Shown here one piece after another: positions 24,471 to 44,631 of a DNA stretch of 64,000 bases; positions within the stretch are counted from its first letter, which is position 1; each line of letters starts with the position of its first letter. The translations under genes were made by a program, and so were the position numbers. Origin of the DNA: the human T2T-CHM13v2.0 reference genome, Homo sapiens; NCBI RefSeq assembly GCF_009914755.1, contig NC_060947.1; one strand, 5' to 3'. The notes beneath the pieces are model-generated. The model was not told the origin of the DNA and did not search any database. It worked only from the letters and a program-made list of their open reading frames with translations.

Positions 24471-27400
24471 TTTTATTTATTTATTTATTTATTTTAATTA
24501 TACTTTAAGTTTTATGATACATGTGCACAACGTGCAGGTTTCTTACATATATATACATGTGCCACGTTGGTGTGCTGCACCGATTAACTCATCATTTAAC
24601 ATTAGGTATATCTCCTAATGCTATCCCGCCCCCCTCCTCCCTCCCCCCACCAAACAACAGGCCCCAGTGTGTGATGTTCCCCTTCCTGTGTCCATGTGTT
24701 CCCATTGTTCAATTCCCACCTATGAGTGAGAATATGTAGTGTTTGGTTTTTTGTCCTTGCGATAGTTTGCTGAGAATGATGGTTTCCAGCTTCATCCATG
24801 TCCCTACAAAGGACATGAACTCATCCTTTTTTATGGCTGCATAGTATTCTGTGGTGTATATGTGCCACATTTTCTTAATCCAGTCTATCATTGTTGGACA
24901 TTTGGGTTGGTTCCAGGTCTTTGCTATTGTGAATAGTGCCACAATAAACATACGTGTGCATGTGTATTTATAGCAGCATGATTTATAATCCTTTGGGTAG
25001 ATACCCAGTAATCGTATGGCTGGGTCAAATGATATTTCTAGTTCTAGATCCCTGAGGAATCACCACACTGACTTCCACAATGGTTGAACTAGTTTACAGT
25101 CCCACCAACAGTGTAAAAGTGTTCCTATTTCTCCACATCCTCTCCAGCACCTGTTGTTTCCTGACTTTTTAATGATCGCCATTCTAACTCGTGTGGGATG
25201 GTATCTCATTGTGGTTTTTATTTGCATTTCTCTGGTGGCCAGTGACGATAAGCATTTTTTCATGTGTGTTTTGGCTGCATAAGTGTCTTCTTTTGAGAAG
25301 TGTCTGTTCATATCCTTCGCTCACTTGTTGATGGGGTTGTTGTTTTTTTCTTGTAAATTTGTTTGAGTTCATTGTAGATTCTGGATATTAGCCCTTTGTC
25401 AGATGAGTAGATTGTGAAAATTTCTCCCATTCTGTACGTTGTTTGTTCCCTCTGATGGTAGTTTCTTTTGCTGTGCAGAAGCTCTTTAGTTTAATTAGAT
25501 CCCATTTGTCAATTTTGGCTTTTGTTTTCATTGCTTTTGGTGTTTTAGACATGAAGTCCTTCCCATGCCTGTGTCCTGAATGGTATTATCTAGGTTTTCT
25601 TCTAGGGTTTTTATGGTTTTAGGTCTAACATTTAAATCTTTAATCCATCTTGAATTAATTTTAGTATAAGGTGTAAGGAAGGGATCCAGTTTCAGCTTTC
25701 TACATCTGGCTAGCCAGTTTTTCCAGCACCATTTATTCAATAGGGAATCCTTTCCCCATTTCTTGTTTTTGTCAGGTTTGTCAAAGATCAGAAAGTTGTA
25801 GATATGTGGCATCATTTCTGAGGGCTCTGTTCTGTTCCATTGGTCTATATCTCTGTTTTGGTACCAGCACTATGCTGTTTTGGGTACTGTAGCCTTGTAG
25901 TATAGTTTGAAGTCAGGTAGCGTGATGCCTCCAGCTTTGTTCTTTTGGCTTAGGATTGACTTGGTGATGTGGGCTCTTTTTTGGTTCCATATGAACTTTA
26001 AAGTAGCTTTTTCCAATTCTGTGAAGAAAGTCATTGGTAACTTGATGGGGATGGCATTGAATGTATAAATTACCTTGGGCAGTATGGACATTTTCATGAT
26101 ATTGATTCTTCCTACCCATGAGCATGGAATGTTCTTCCATTTGTTTGTATCCTCTTTTATTTCATTGAGCAGTGGTTTGTAGTTCTCCTTGAAGAGGTCC
26201 TTCACATCCCTTGTAAGTTGGATTCCTAGGTATTTCATTGCCTTTGAAGCAATTGTGAATGCGAGTTCACTCACGATTTGGGTCTCTGTTTGTCTGTTAT
26301 TGGTGTATAATAATGCTTGTGATTTTTGCACATTGATTTTGTATCCTGAGACATAGTTGAAGTTGCGTATCAGCTTAAGGAGATTTTGTGCTGAGATGAT
26401 GGAGTTTTCTAGATATACAACCATGTCATCTGCAAACAGGGACAATTTGATGTCCCCTTTTCCTAATTGAATACCCTTTATTTCCTTCTCCTGCCTGATT
26501 GCCCTGGCCAGAACTTCCAACACTCTGTTGAATAGGAGTGGTGTGAGAGGGCATCCGTGTCTTGTTCCAGTTTTCAAAGGGAATGCTTCCAGTTTTTGCC
26601 CATTCAATATGATATTTCCTGTGGGTTTGTCATAGATAGCTCTTATTATTTTGAGATACGTCCCATGAATACCTAATTTATTGAGAGTTTTTAGCATGAA
26701 GGTTGTTGAATTTTGTCATAGGCGTTTTCTGCATCTATTGAGATAATCGTGTGGTTTTTGTCTTTGGTGCTGTTTATATACTGGATTACGTTTATTGATT
26801 TGCGTATGTTGAACCAGCCTTGCATCCCAGGGATGAAGCCCACTTGATCATGGTGGATAAGCTTTTTGATGTGCTGCTGGTTTCTGTTTGCCAGTATTTT
26901 ACTGAGGATTTTTGGATCGACGTTCATCAGGGATATTGGTCTAAAATTCTCTTTTTTTGTTGTGTCTCTGCCAGGCTTTTATATCAGGATGGTGCTGGCC
27001 TCATAAAATGAGTTAGGGAGGATTCCCTCTTTTTATATGGATAGCAATAGTTTCAGAAGGAATGGTACCAACTCCTCCTTGTACCTCTGTTAGAATTCGG
27101 TTGTGAATCCATCTGGTCCTGGACTTTTTTTGGTTGGTAAACTATTCATTATTGTCTCAGTTTCAGAGCCTGTTATTGGTCTATTCAGAGATTCACCTTC
27201 CTGGTTTAGTCTTTGGAGAGTGTATGTGTCGAGGAATTTATCCATTTTTTCCAGATTTTCTAGTTTGTTTGCATAGAGGTTTTTATAGTATTTTCTGATG
27301 GTAGTTTGTATTTCTGTGGGATGAGTGGTGATATCCCCTTTATCATTTTTTATTTCATCTATTTGATTCTTCTCTCTTTTCTTCTTTATTAGTCTTGCTT

Positions 27401-30400
27401 AGCGGTCTAACAATTTTGTTAATCTTTCAAAAAACAGCTCCTGGATTCATTGATTTTTTGAAGGGTTTTGTGTGTCTCTGTTTCCTTCAATTCTGCTATG
27501 ATCTTAGTTATTTCTTGCCTTCTGCTAGCTTTTGAATGTGTTTGCTCTTGCTTCTCTCTTTCTTTTAATTGCAATGTTAGGATGCCAATTTTAGATCTTT
27601 CCTGCTTTCTCTTGTGGGCATTTAGTGCTAGAAATTTCCCTCTACACACTGCTTTGAATGTGTCCCAGAGATTCTGGTATGTTGCGTCTTTGTTCTCATT
27701 GGTTTCAAAGAACATCTTTATTTCTGTCTTCATTTTCTTAGGTACCCAGTAGTCATTCAGGAGCAGGTTGTTCAGATTCCATGCAGTTCAGTGGTTTTGA
27801 GTGAGTTTCTTATTCCTGAGTTCTAGCTTGATTGCACTGTTGTCTGAGAGACAGTTTGTTATAATTTCTGTTCTTTTACATTTGCTGAGGAGTGCTTTAC
27901 TTCCAACTATGTGGTCAGTTTTGGAATAGGTGTAGTGTGGTGCTGAAAAGAATGCATATTCTGTTGATTTGGGTTGGAGAGTTCTGTAGATATGTATTAG
28001 GTCCGCTTGTTGTAGAGCTGAGTTCAATTCATGGATATCCTTGTTAACTTTCTGTCTCGTTGATCTGTCTAATGTTGACAGTGGGGTGTTAAAGTTTCCC
28101 ATTATTATTGTGTGGGAGTCTAAGTCTCTTTGTAGGTCTCTAAGGACTTGCTTTATGAATCTGGGTGCTCCTGTATTGGGTGCATGTCTATATTTAGGAT
28201 AGTTAGCTCTTCTTGTTGAGTTGATCCCTTTACCATTATGTAATGGCCTTCTTTGTCTCTTTTGATCTTTGTTGGTTTAAAGTCTGTTTTATCAGAGCCT
28301 AGGATTGCAACCCCTGTCTTTTTTGTTTTCCATTTGCTTGGTAGATCTTCCTCAATCTCTTTATTTTGAGCCTATATGTGTCTTTGCTTGTGAGATGGGT
28401 TTCCTGAATACAGCACACTGATGGGTCTTGACTCTTTATCCAATTTGCCATTCTGTGTCTTTTAATTGGAGTATTTAGCCCATTTACATTTAAGGTTAAT
28501 ATTGTTATGTGTGAATTTGATCCCATCATTATGATGTTAGCTGGTCATTTTGCTCGTTAGTTGATGCAGTTTCTTTGTAGCCTCAACAGTCTTTGCAAAT
28601 TGGAAGTTTTTGCAGTGGCTGGTACTGGTTGTTCCTTTCCATGTTTAGTGCTTCCTTCAGGAGCTCTTGTAGGGCAGGCTTGGGTGTGACAAAATCTCTC
28701 AGCATTTACTTGTCGTAAAGTGTTTTATTTCTCCTTCACTTATAAAGCTTAGTTTGGCTGGCTGTGCAATTCTGGGTTGAAATGTCTTTTCTTTAAGAAT
28801 GTTGAATATTGGCCCCCACTCTCTTCTGGCTTGCAGAGTTTCTGCTGAGACATCAGCTGTTAGTCTGATGGGCTTCCCTTTGTGGTTAATCTGACCTTTC
28901 TCTGTGGCTGCCCTTAAGAATTTTTCCTTCATTTCAACTTTGGTGAATCTGACAATTATCTGTCTTGAAGTTGCTCTTCTCGAGGAGTATCTTTGTGGCA
29001 TTCTCTGTATTTCCTGAATTTGAGTGTTGGCCTGCCTTGCTAGACTGGGGAAGTTCTCCTGGAGAATATCCTGCAGAGTGTTTTCCATCTTGGTTCCATT
29101 CTCCCCGTCCCTTTCAGGTACACCAGTCCGACATAGATTTGGTCTTTTCACATAGTCCCATATTTCTTGGAGGCTTTGTTCATTTCTTTTTATTCTTTTT
29201 TCTCTAAGCTTCTCTTCTTGCTTTATTTCATTCATTTGATCTTCCATCACTGATACCCTTTCTTCCTGCTGATCGAGTCAGCTTCTGAGGCTTCTGCATT
29301 CATCACATAGTTCTTGTGCCATGGTTTTCAGCTCCATTAGGTCCTTTAAGGATTTCTCTGCATTGATTGTTCTAGTTAGCCATTCTTCTAATTTTTTTCA
29401 AGGTTTTTAACTTTTTGGCCATGGGTTCGAACTTCCTCCTTTAGCTTGGAGTAGTTTGATCATTTGAAGCCTTCTTCTCTCAACTCGTCAGTCATTCTCT
29501 GTCCAGCTTTGTTCCGTTGCTGGTGAGCAGCTGCATTACTTTGGAGGAGGAGAGGCGCTCTGCTTTTTAGAGTTTCCAGTTTTTCTGCTTTGATTTTTCC
29601 TCATCTTTTTGGTTTTATCTACCTTTGGTCTTTGATGATGGTGACGTACAGATGGGGTTTTGGTGTGAATGTCCTTTCTGATTGTTAGTTTTCCTTCTAA
29701 CAGTCAGGACCCTCAGCTTCAGGTCTGTTGGAGTTTGTTGGAGGTCCACTCCAGACCCTGTTTTCCTGCGTATCAGCAGCGGAGGCTGCAGAACAGCAGA
29801 TACTGGTGAACAGCAAATGTTGCTGCCTGATCGTTCCTCTGGAAGTTTTGTGTCCGAGGATTACCTGGCCGTGTGAGGTGTCAGTGTCCCCCTACTGGGG
29901 AGTGCCTCCCAGTTAGGCTACTTGGGTGTCAGGGACCCACTTGAGGAAGAAGTCAGTCCGTGTTGAGATCTCCAGCTGCATGCTGGGAGAACCACTACTC
30001 TCTTCAAAGCTGTCAGACAGGGACATTAAAGATTGCAGAGGTTTCTGCTGGCTTTTCTTTGCCTATGCCCTGCCCCCAGAGGTGGAGTCTACAGAGGCAG
30101 GCAGGCCTCCTTGAGCTGTAGTGGGCTCCACCCAGTTCGAGCTTCCCAGGTGTTTTGTTTTCTTTCTCAAACCTCAGCAATGGTGGGCTCCCCTCCCCCT
30201 GCCTTGCTGCCGCCTTGCAGTTTGATCTCAGACCGCTGTGCTAGCAATCAGTGAGCCTCCGTGGGTGTAGAACCCTCTGAGCCAGGTGTGGGATATAATC
30301 TCCTGGTGTGCCATTTGCTAAGACTGTTGGAAAAGGGCAGTATTAGGGTGGGAGTGACCCAATTTTCCAGGTGCTGTCCGTCACCCCTAGGAAAGGGAAT

Positions 30401-30622
30401 TCCCTAACTCCTTGCACTTCCCAGGTGAGGCAATGCCTCACCCTGCTTCATCTCAGGCCCAGTGAAATGCACCCACTGTCTTGCACCCACTGTCCGACAA
30501 TGCCCAGTGAGATGCACCTGGTACCTCAGTTGGAAATGCAGAAATCATTCGTCTTCTGCATCGCTCACACTGGGAGCTGTAGACTGGAACTGTTCCTATT
30601 CTGCCATCTTGGCTCCACCCTC
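24471..30622 (-). mobile_element. Full-length L1PA4-like element, ORFs disrupted
   Basis: 5' GGAGCCAAGATGGCAGAATAGGAACAG; ORF1 piece 28699-29250; RT with LFADDM in 25870-26697; TSD AGTAGCTATTCTT at 24458-24470 and 30627-30639. Confidence 0.92.
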
Positions 30623-31228
30623 CAAGAGTAGCTATTCTTATGTGAGAGAAATCTTTAAAGTAACAACAGTAAATTTTTTAAAAATGAAGACATTATATAA
30701 TGATCAAAGGATTAATCCAACAGGAAGATATCACAACTTTAAATATATATGCATTTAACACTGGAAATCCGCAATTTATAAAACAATTACTACTAGACCT
30801 AAGAAAAGAGATAGGCAGGACCACAGTAATAGTAGGGCACTTCAATACTCCACTGACAGCACTAGACAGATCAAGACAGAATGTCAACAAGGAAACAATG
30901 AAAAACTATATTCTAGAACAAATGGACTTAACATATGTTTACAGAACATTCTACCCAACAAATGTGGAATATGCATTCTATTCATCAGCACATGGAGCAT
31001 TCTCCAAGATATGCCATATGATATGTCACAAACCAAGCCTCAGTAAATTTAAGAAAATCAAAATCATATCAAGTATCATCTCATACTATAGTGGAATAAA
31101 ACTGGAAATTAACTCCAAAATAAACACTTAAAACCATATAAATATACGGTAATTAAATAATCTACTCTTAAATGATCTTTGGGTTGACAATGAAATAAAG
31201 ATGAAAAATTAAAATTAATTGAACTCAA

Positions 31229-31610
31229 CGATATAGCTTGGATTTGTGTCCCCACCCAAATATTGTCAAATTGTGATCCCCAGTGTTGGAGGAGAGGCCT
31301 TGAGGGAGGTAACTGCATCATGGGAACAAATTTCTCCCTACCTGTTCACATGACAGTGAGTGATTTCTCACAAGATCTGATTGTTTTAAAATGTGTAGCC
31401 CCTCCCCCTTCCCACTCTTCCTTGTGCTTGAGCCAGGTAGGATGTTCTGGCTTCCCCTTCACCTTCCATCATAATTTTAAGCTTCCTGTGGCATACACAG
31501 GCAGGCTTCCTGTACAGCTTGTGGAACCATGAGTCAATTAAACCACTTTTCTTTATAAATTACCCAGTCCCAGGTACATCTTCATAACAATGTGAGAATG
31601 GACTAATACA
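31229..31610 (+). mobile_element. MSTA-like MaLR solo LTR
   Basis: gatatagcttggatttgtgtccccaccc...gaatggactaataca; 5 bp TSD CTCAA/CTTAA (31224-31228, 31611-31615). Confidence 0.85.
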
Positions 31611-33660
31611 CTTAACAATAACAGTGACACAACTTATCAAAACCTCTGGATTTAGCAAAAGTGTTGCTAAGAGGAAAGTTCATAGCATTAAATGCCTGCA
31701 TCACAAAGTCTGAAAGAGCACAAATAGAAAACCTAATGTCACTCCTCAAGAAACTAAAGAAACAAGAATAAATCAAACCCAAGCCCAGCAGAAGAAAAGA
31801 AATAACAAAGACCAGAACAGAACTAAATTCAATTGAAACAAAAAATACGAACTATAACTGAAACAAACAGCTGGTTCTGAGAAAACATAAACAAAATTGC
31901 TAGACCATTAGTGAGTAACCAAGAAAAGGAGAAGATCCAAATAAGCTCAATTAGAAAGGAAATGGGAGATATTGCAGCTGATACCACCGAAATACAAATA
32001 ATTATTCAAGGCTATTATGAACACCTTTATGTACACAAACAAGAAAATCTAGAGAAAGGTGGATAATTTCCCAGAAATATACAACCTTTTTAGATTAAAT
32101 TTAGGAAGAAATAGAAACTCCAATCAGACAAATAACAAGGAGCATGATTGAATTAATAAAATAAAAATTGCCAAAAAAAGATGTCCAGGACCAGATGAAT
32201 TCACAGCTGAATTATATCACACATTCAGATAAGTATTAGTAGCAATCCTACTGACTCTATCCCGAAAGATAAAGAAAGAAGGAATCCTCCCTAAACTGTT
32301 TAATGAAGCCAGTATTACCCTAATACCAAAACCAGGGAAGAACACAACACAAAAATAAAACTACAAACAAATATCCCTGGTGAACATAGATGTAAAAACC
32401 CCAAACAAAATACTAGGTAACTAAATAAAACAGCATATCAAAAAGATAACACATCATGATCAAGTGGGTTTCATCCCAGGAATGCTGGGGTGGTTTAACA
32501 TACAATAGTCAATAAATGTGGTACAACACATAAACATAAGTAAAAACCAAAATCATATGATCATCTCAATAGATGCAGATAAAGCATTTGTCAAAATCCA
32601 GCATCACTTTATAATTAAAACACTCAGCAAAATTGGTATAGAAGGGACATATCTTAAGGTAGTAAAAGCTGTTCGTGACAAACCCACAGCCAACATTATA
32701 TTGAATGGGGAAGAGTTGAAAGCATTTATTCTGAGAACTGGAACAGGATGAGTGTGCCCACTTTAACGACTTCTCTTCAACATAGTATTGGTTATAATAG
32801 CTAGAGCAATCAGAAAAGAGAAAGAAATAAAGGGCATCCAAATTGGTAAAGAGGAAGTCAAACTGCCACTGTTCACTGATGATTATACAATCAGATACCT
32901 AAAAAACCCTAAAGACTCCCCCAAAAAGCTCCTAAATCTAATAATTGAATTCAGTAAAGTTTCAGGATACAAAATTAACATAGACAAATCAGTAGCACTG
33001 CTGTACAACAAAAACCAAGCTGATAATTAGACCAAAAACTCAACTCCTTTTACAAGAGCTGCAAAAAAAAATAAAATAAAATACATAGGAATATACTTAA
33101 CTCAAGAAGTGAAAGATCTCTACAAGAAAAACTACAAAACACTGCTGAAAGAAATTATAGATGACACAAACAAAGAAAAACACATCCCATGCTCATGGAT
33201 CATGCTCATAGAATCAATAAGTGAAAATGACCATACGGCCTAAAGCAATCTATACATTCAGTGCAGTTCTTGTAAACTTATCATCACCATTCCTCACAGA
33301 AATAGAAAAAACTATTTAAAATTCATATGGAACCAAAAATGAGCCCACATAGCCAAAGGAATACTAAGCAAAAACAACAAATCTGGAGGCAAAATATTAC
33401 CTGATTCAAACTATACTTTAAAGCTACAGTCACCAAAACAGCATGGACTGCTATAAAAATAGGCAAATAGACGAATGGAACAGAATAGAGAATCCAGAAA
33501 TAAAGCCAAATGTTTACAGTCAACTGATCTCTGACAAAGGAAACAATAACATAAAGTGAAGAAAGGAAACCCTGTTCAACAAATGGTGCCAGGAAAATTG
33601 ACAAGCCACATGTAGAAGAATGAAACTGGATCCTCCTTTCTCACCTTATACAAAAATCAA

Positions 33661-40010
<6,350 letters not shown>

Positions 40011-41275
40011 TCTAGATATTAGGATGAAATATGAAGGTTAAAGGAGAGCAGCATAATATTGTTTCTTCTGTCAACATTTGAGAAACTAAAGATCAACAGT
40101 ATTTTAACCCACTGTCTTGTTATCTATTATTGTATTAGAAAGTACCTGATAAAAGTTTATAACAGAAATGGTGTTAGGCATGAAATCAGGAGAACTACAG
40201 AGGTTTAATGACTCTGATAGATACACTGGTATATGTATATCAAGTGAATGAAAATATTAAGCCAAAAAATGAATGAGGGATAAGATATTCAAGTGACATT
40301 GGTACCCAGCACAACAGAATATAATTGAGGAAATACTTCATTTACATTTTTAAAAACATAATGGTAATTGCAATAACAAAGGCTGAGTTATAAATCTCTT
40401 GTGTCCTTTAGGACATATAATTCCTTTGCTATGCCATATAATAATGGGGCATACCGTGTGGCATGATAAGATTTAAAAAATGAACCTTGTCAGCTGTACG
40501 ATATATAATTTTATTTCTATGAGAACATCCAAAATATTTAATCTGGTATTCCAAGTAAAATTTATGTTCAAATTTTATTTTTATCATATATGTCTAAGAA
40601 ATTTTAAAATAACAATTTAAATGAAATTTTGACCGCAATTTGTAAATATCTGCACTCTAATTATCTTTACAAATGAGCTACACTACTTTACTTACTACCA
40701 AGGCTAATTACAAGGTAGTATACAATATTCTGTTCCTTAGAGTCTATTTCAATATGTTGTCTCCAATTAGTTCAGTTTATTTGAAAATATGGTGTAAAAA
40801 AAAGATAAAAATTTTCTTTTAAAATGTAAGATTTATTTCAATGTCAGAACATTATTTTTGACTTCGGAATAATATTTTTGAAGTAGTGCCTTGTAGGTGC
40901 ATTTTTCTGGCTTCTCAAACTCATCTAAAGTTTCTGAGACAGACATATAGACTAAGTAATTTAGCAAACAGTACAATCTATAATTTAAAGATATGGAAAT
41001 TCATTATATTTTAGTTGCAATACAATTGTAAGTATATTTCTATAATAACTTGTTGGCGTACATTAATTTAAAAATAGTTTTGGTATTCACCATGGAAATG
41101 TCTACCTGAACCTTGTTTAATCTTTATAAAAGTCGGTAATTATAGAATCTCTGCTTCAGAAAACCACCCAAGCTCCAGTTCTTTGTCTATCAATTTTTGT
41201 GAAAAAAAATGTTTATTGAAAATAGTGGTGTTTTCATAGTCGAATAAACAACTAAGAAAACAACAAAAAAGAAAA
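40011..41275 (+). other. Non-L1 AT-rich segment, putative L1 3' transduction
   Basis: Follows the L1PA7 tail, ends in AATAAA (41243-41248) plus an A-rich tail, and lies inside the L1PB host. Confidence 0.65.
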
Positions 41276-41628
41276 TTTCATTGTGAAAACCCTTCTAGAC
41301 TTTGGCTTAGGTGAATAATTTATAAACAAGAACCCAAAAGCAAATGCAACAGAAATGAAAAGAAATAAATAGGACCTAATTAAACTAAATAACTTCTGCA
41401 CAGAAAAATAAATAACCTGCAGAATAAACAGGCAACCCACAGAGTGGGAGGATATATCTGCAAACTATGCATCTAACAAAGAACTAATATCCAGAATCTA
41501 CAAGAAACTCAAACAAATCCGAAAAAAAAAACACATAATCTCATCAAAAAGTGGGCAAAGAACACGAATAAACAATTATCCAAAGAAGATATTCAAACAG
41601 CCAACAAACATAAAAATATGCTCAACAT

Positions 41629-41907
41629 ATCGCAAGGACAAAAAACCAAACACCACATGTTCTCACTCATAGGTGGGAATTGAACAATGAGAACACATGG
41701 ACACAGGAAGGGGAACATCACATACCGGGGACTGTTGTGGGGTGGGGGGAGGGGGAGGGATAGCATTAGGAGATATACCTAATGCTAAATGACGAGTTAA
41801 TGGGTGCAGCACACCAACATGGCACATGTATACATATGTAACAAACCTGCACGTTGTGCACTTGTACCCTAAAACTTAAAGTGTAATAATAATAATAATA
41901 ATAAAAG
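41629..41907 (+). mobile_element. 5'-truncated L1PA3/4 3' fragment
   Basis: atcgcaaggacaaaaaaccaaacacc...aaaacttaaagtgtaataat; perfect 16 bp TSD AAAATATGCTCAACAT at 41613-41628 and 41908-41923. Confidence 0.92.
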
Positions 41908-43469
41908 AAAATATGCTCAACATCACAAGTTATCAGGGACATGCAAATCGAAACCAAAATGAGATACCACCTTACTCCTGCAAGAATGGCCATAATTTAA
42001 AAAATTAGAAAAAATTAATGTTGTCGTGGATGTGGTGAAAATTGAACACTTTTAAACTGCTAGTGGGAATGTAAACTAGTACAATCACTATGGAAAACAG
42101 TATGGAAATTCTTTAAATAGCTAAAAGTAGAACTATTATTTGAACCAGCAATCCTACTACTGGGTATCTACCCAAAGGAAAATAAGTCACTGTCTGAAAA
42201 AGGCACATAGACACACAGGTTTATAGCATAGCAGCACAATTCTCAATTGCTCAAATATGGAACCAACCTAAATGCCCATCAATCAAAGAGTGGATAAAGA
42301 AATTGTGGTATATATACACCATGGAGTACTATTTAGCCATAAAATGAAATGAAATAATGGCATTTGTTGTAACTTGGATGGAGTTGGAAATCATTATTCT
42401 AAGTGAAGTGACTCAGGAATGGAAAACCAAATAACATTACGTTCTCACTTATAAATGGGAACTAAGCTATGAGGATGCTAAAGCCTAGGAATGATATAAT
42501 AAACTTTGTGGACTTGGGGAAAACATTGAGAGGGGTGTGAAAGATAAAAACTACATATTGGGTACAGTGTACACTGCTTGTATGACAGGTGCACCAAAAT
42601 CTCAAAAAATCACCACTAAAAACCTAGCAATTTAACCAAAACAACTTGTTCCCCAAAAGCTATTGAAATAGGAAAGAGCAATCTAAATTAAAAAAAAAAA
42701 AAGTAAAGAAAGGAACCACTGAGGAAAAAAATAAAATCATCACTACTAATATGGTCATCCAGCCTAGAGGTAAAATTATATCAACAAGACTTTATCGTAT
42801 TGTAGATTAATTGTATTCTCTAACTTAAAAATATTTGTATTTTCAATTTTTATAGATATTTGCATATCATTATCTCCACCCATTGGTTTTAGATGTTCAA
42901 GGGTTTGTGCCATTTTATGTAAATTTTAGAACAAGTTTGTCAATGTCTACAAAAAAATTTCTGAGATTTTGATAGGAATTGCATTAACCTATAGACCAAT
43001 TTGAGTAGAATCAACGTTGTCATTATGATGAGTCTTCCGATATATTAACACAGCATGTCACTATCCTTATTTAGATCTTCTAAATACCAAAACAACAAAG
43101 TCCTGTATATGTATGGTTAGATTCACACCTGAATATTTCATGGGGTTTTTTATTTGAGCAATTGTAAATGCCATTATATTTTTAATTTTGATGTCACATA
43201 CTTATTGTTAATATATAAAAATACAATAGATTTGGATATGTTTATCTTGTATACTGTGACATTGCTGAACTCAATAATTTGTTTTAGGAAATTATTTTTG
43301 TGTATTCTTTAGGATTTTCTATGTAGACAATCATGTCATTTGCAAATAAAGTTTTGTGTTTTGTTTTCACTATGTATTCCTATTATTTCTTCTACTTGTC
43401 TTATTGCACTTACTAGGAATTTCATTTTAATGTTGCATAAGAGTGGTGGGAGTGAACATTCTTTTCTTG

Positions 43470-44410
43470 TTTTTGTTTATTTCCATCTAACTTTAATTTT
43501 GGTTCAGGGAATATAAGTGGTTTGTTACATGAGTAAATTATTTGTCACCGGAGCTTAGTGTAGATTTCATGTCTACAGGGGTGGGACAGCAGCAGTGAAA
43601 TCTGCACATGTGCACCAGTCAATAAGTGGGGAGAGGCCATGGGTTAGTAAGTGCTGGTCAATCAGTGAGAGGAGACTGTGTGCAAGTGTTTGTCAGTAAA
43701 GCAGTTAGTGGTAGGCTGTGGGCTGGTGTACAGTAGCTTTCTGATGGTTAGGAAGGGTCTGATGGCAAAGAAACTATGGCAGGGACCACTGAGAAATGTC
43801 CCAGCTTGGCATCTGAGGCTGCATCTCAAACAGGTGTGGCCAGGCAGGGCTATGGGAGAGGCTTTCAGACAGGGCAGTGTTCAGATCATACTGGCCCCAT
43901 CCCACGGGCCACATAGCCATGTTCTGTACAGGTTTGACAGTCAACAAAGGCCAAAGCCTCCTAGGGAAGCATGGCAAGCCTTGGGGAATGGGCATCTTTG
44001 GCCATGCTCCACTGCAGCAATTTTCATACCAAACCCTCTGGGCTCCACACAGGTTGGAGTCCAGGTTGGAGTCAATTCTCCAAGCAGCCCTCCAGCACAT
44101 ATGTCCATGGGGGTCATGAGGCCTCCTGAAGCTAGGATTCTAGAGATCTGTAGTAAGAATGTGCTACTTCATGCCTACTTAACTCACCCCTTCCCTAGGG
44201 ACTGTGTGGTGCTAGGAATTGTTCCTAGTGCTCAGAAACCTGTGCAAAGTTGCCAGATTTCTCCCCCTTCAGTCCAGGGTCTGCATCCTTCTTCAATCCG
44301 CTCTCAATACCTTACTTTTAAAGATCTGCTTGGGGTGTGCTTATGTTCTTGATCTTGTCTCTCAGTGGGAGAAGTACATCCTGGCTATGTGTAGTCAGCC
44401 TTCTTGGCTT
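43470..44410 (-). mobile_element. Internally deleted L1PA13-16/L1P4-type element (5' UTR joined to extreme 3' end)
   Basis: 3' end aactttaattttggttcaggga...tttgttacatgagtaaatt at 43490-43570; 5' end read on minus GCCAAGAAGGCTGACTAC at about 44390-44408. Confidence 0.5.
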
Positions 44411-44631
44411 TTTCCCTTTTGTTCTTAATGTTAGGGAAAAGTACTCAGCCTGTAATCATTAAGTGTAGTGTTAGCTGTAGGTGTTTTGCAAATGCTTTTT
44501 ATTAAGTTAAGGAAATTTCTTTTTATAATTAGTTTTCTGAGAGTTTATATTATGATTGAGCAATGGACTTTGTAAAATGCAAATTGATATGGTTAAATAA
44601 TTTTTCTTTTTTAGTCTGATGATGTGGTACA

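Noticed and set aside
24471-30622. Possible retrotransposition-competent L1
   Set aside because: ORF1 and ORF2 are broken into many short ORFs; the same holds for every L1 in the window.
43678-44352. 224 aa ORF
   Set aside because: GTG start, lies antisense within L1 5' UTR-like repeat sequence.
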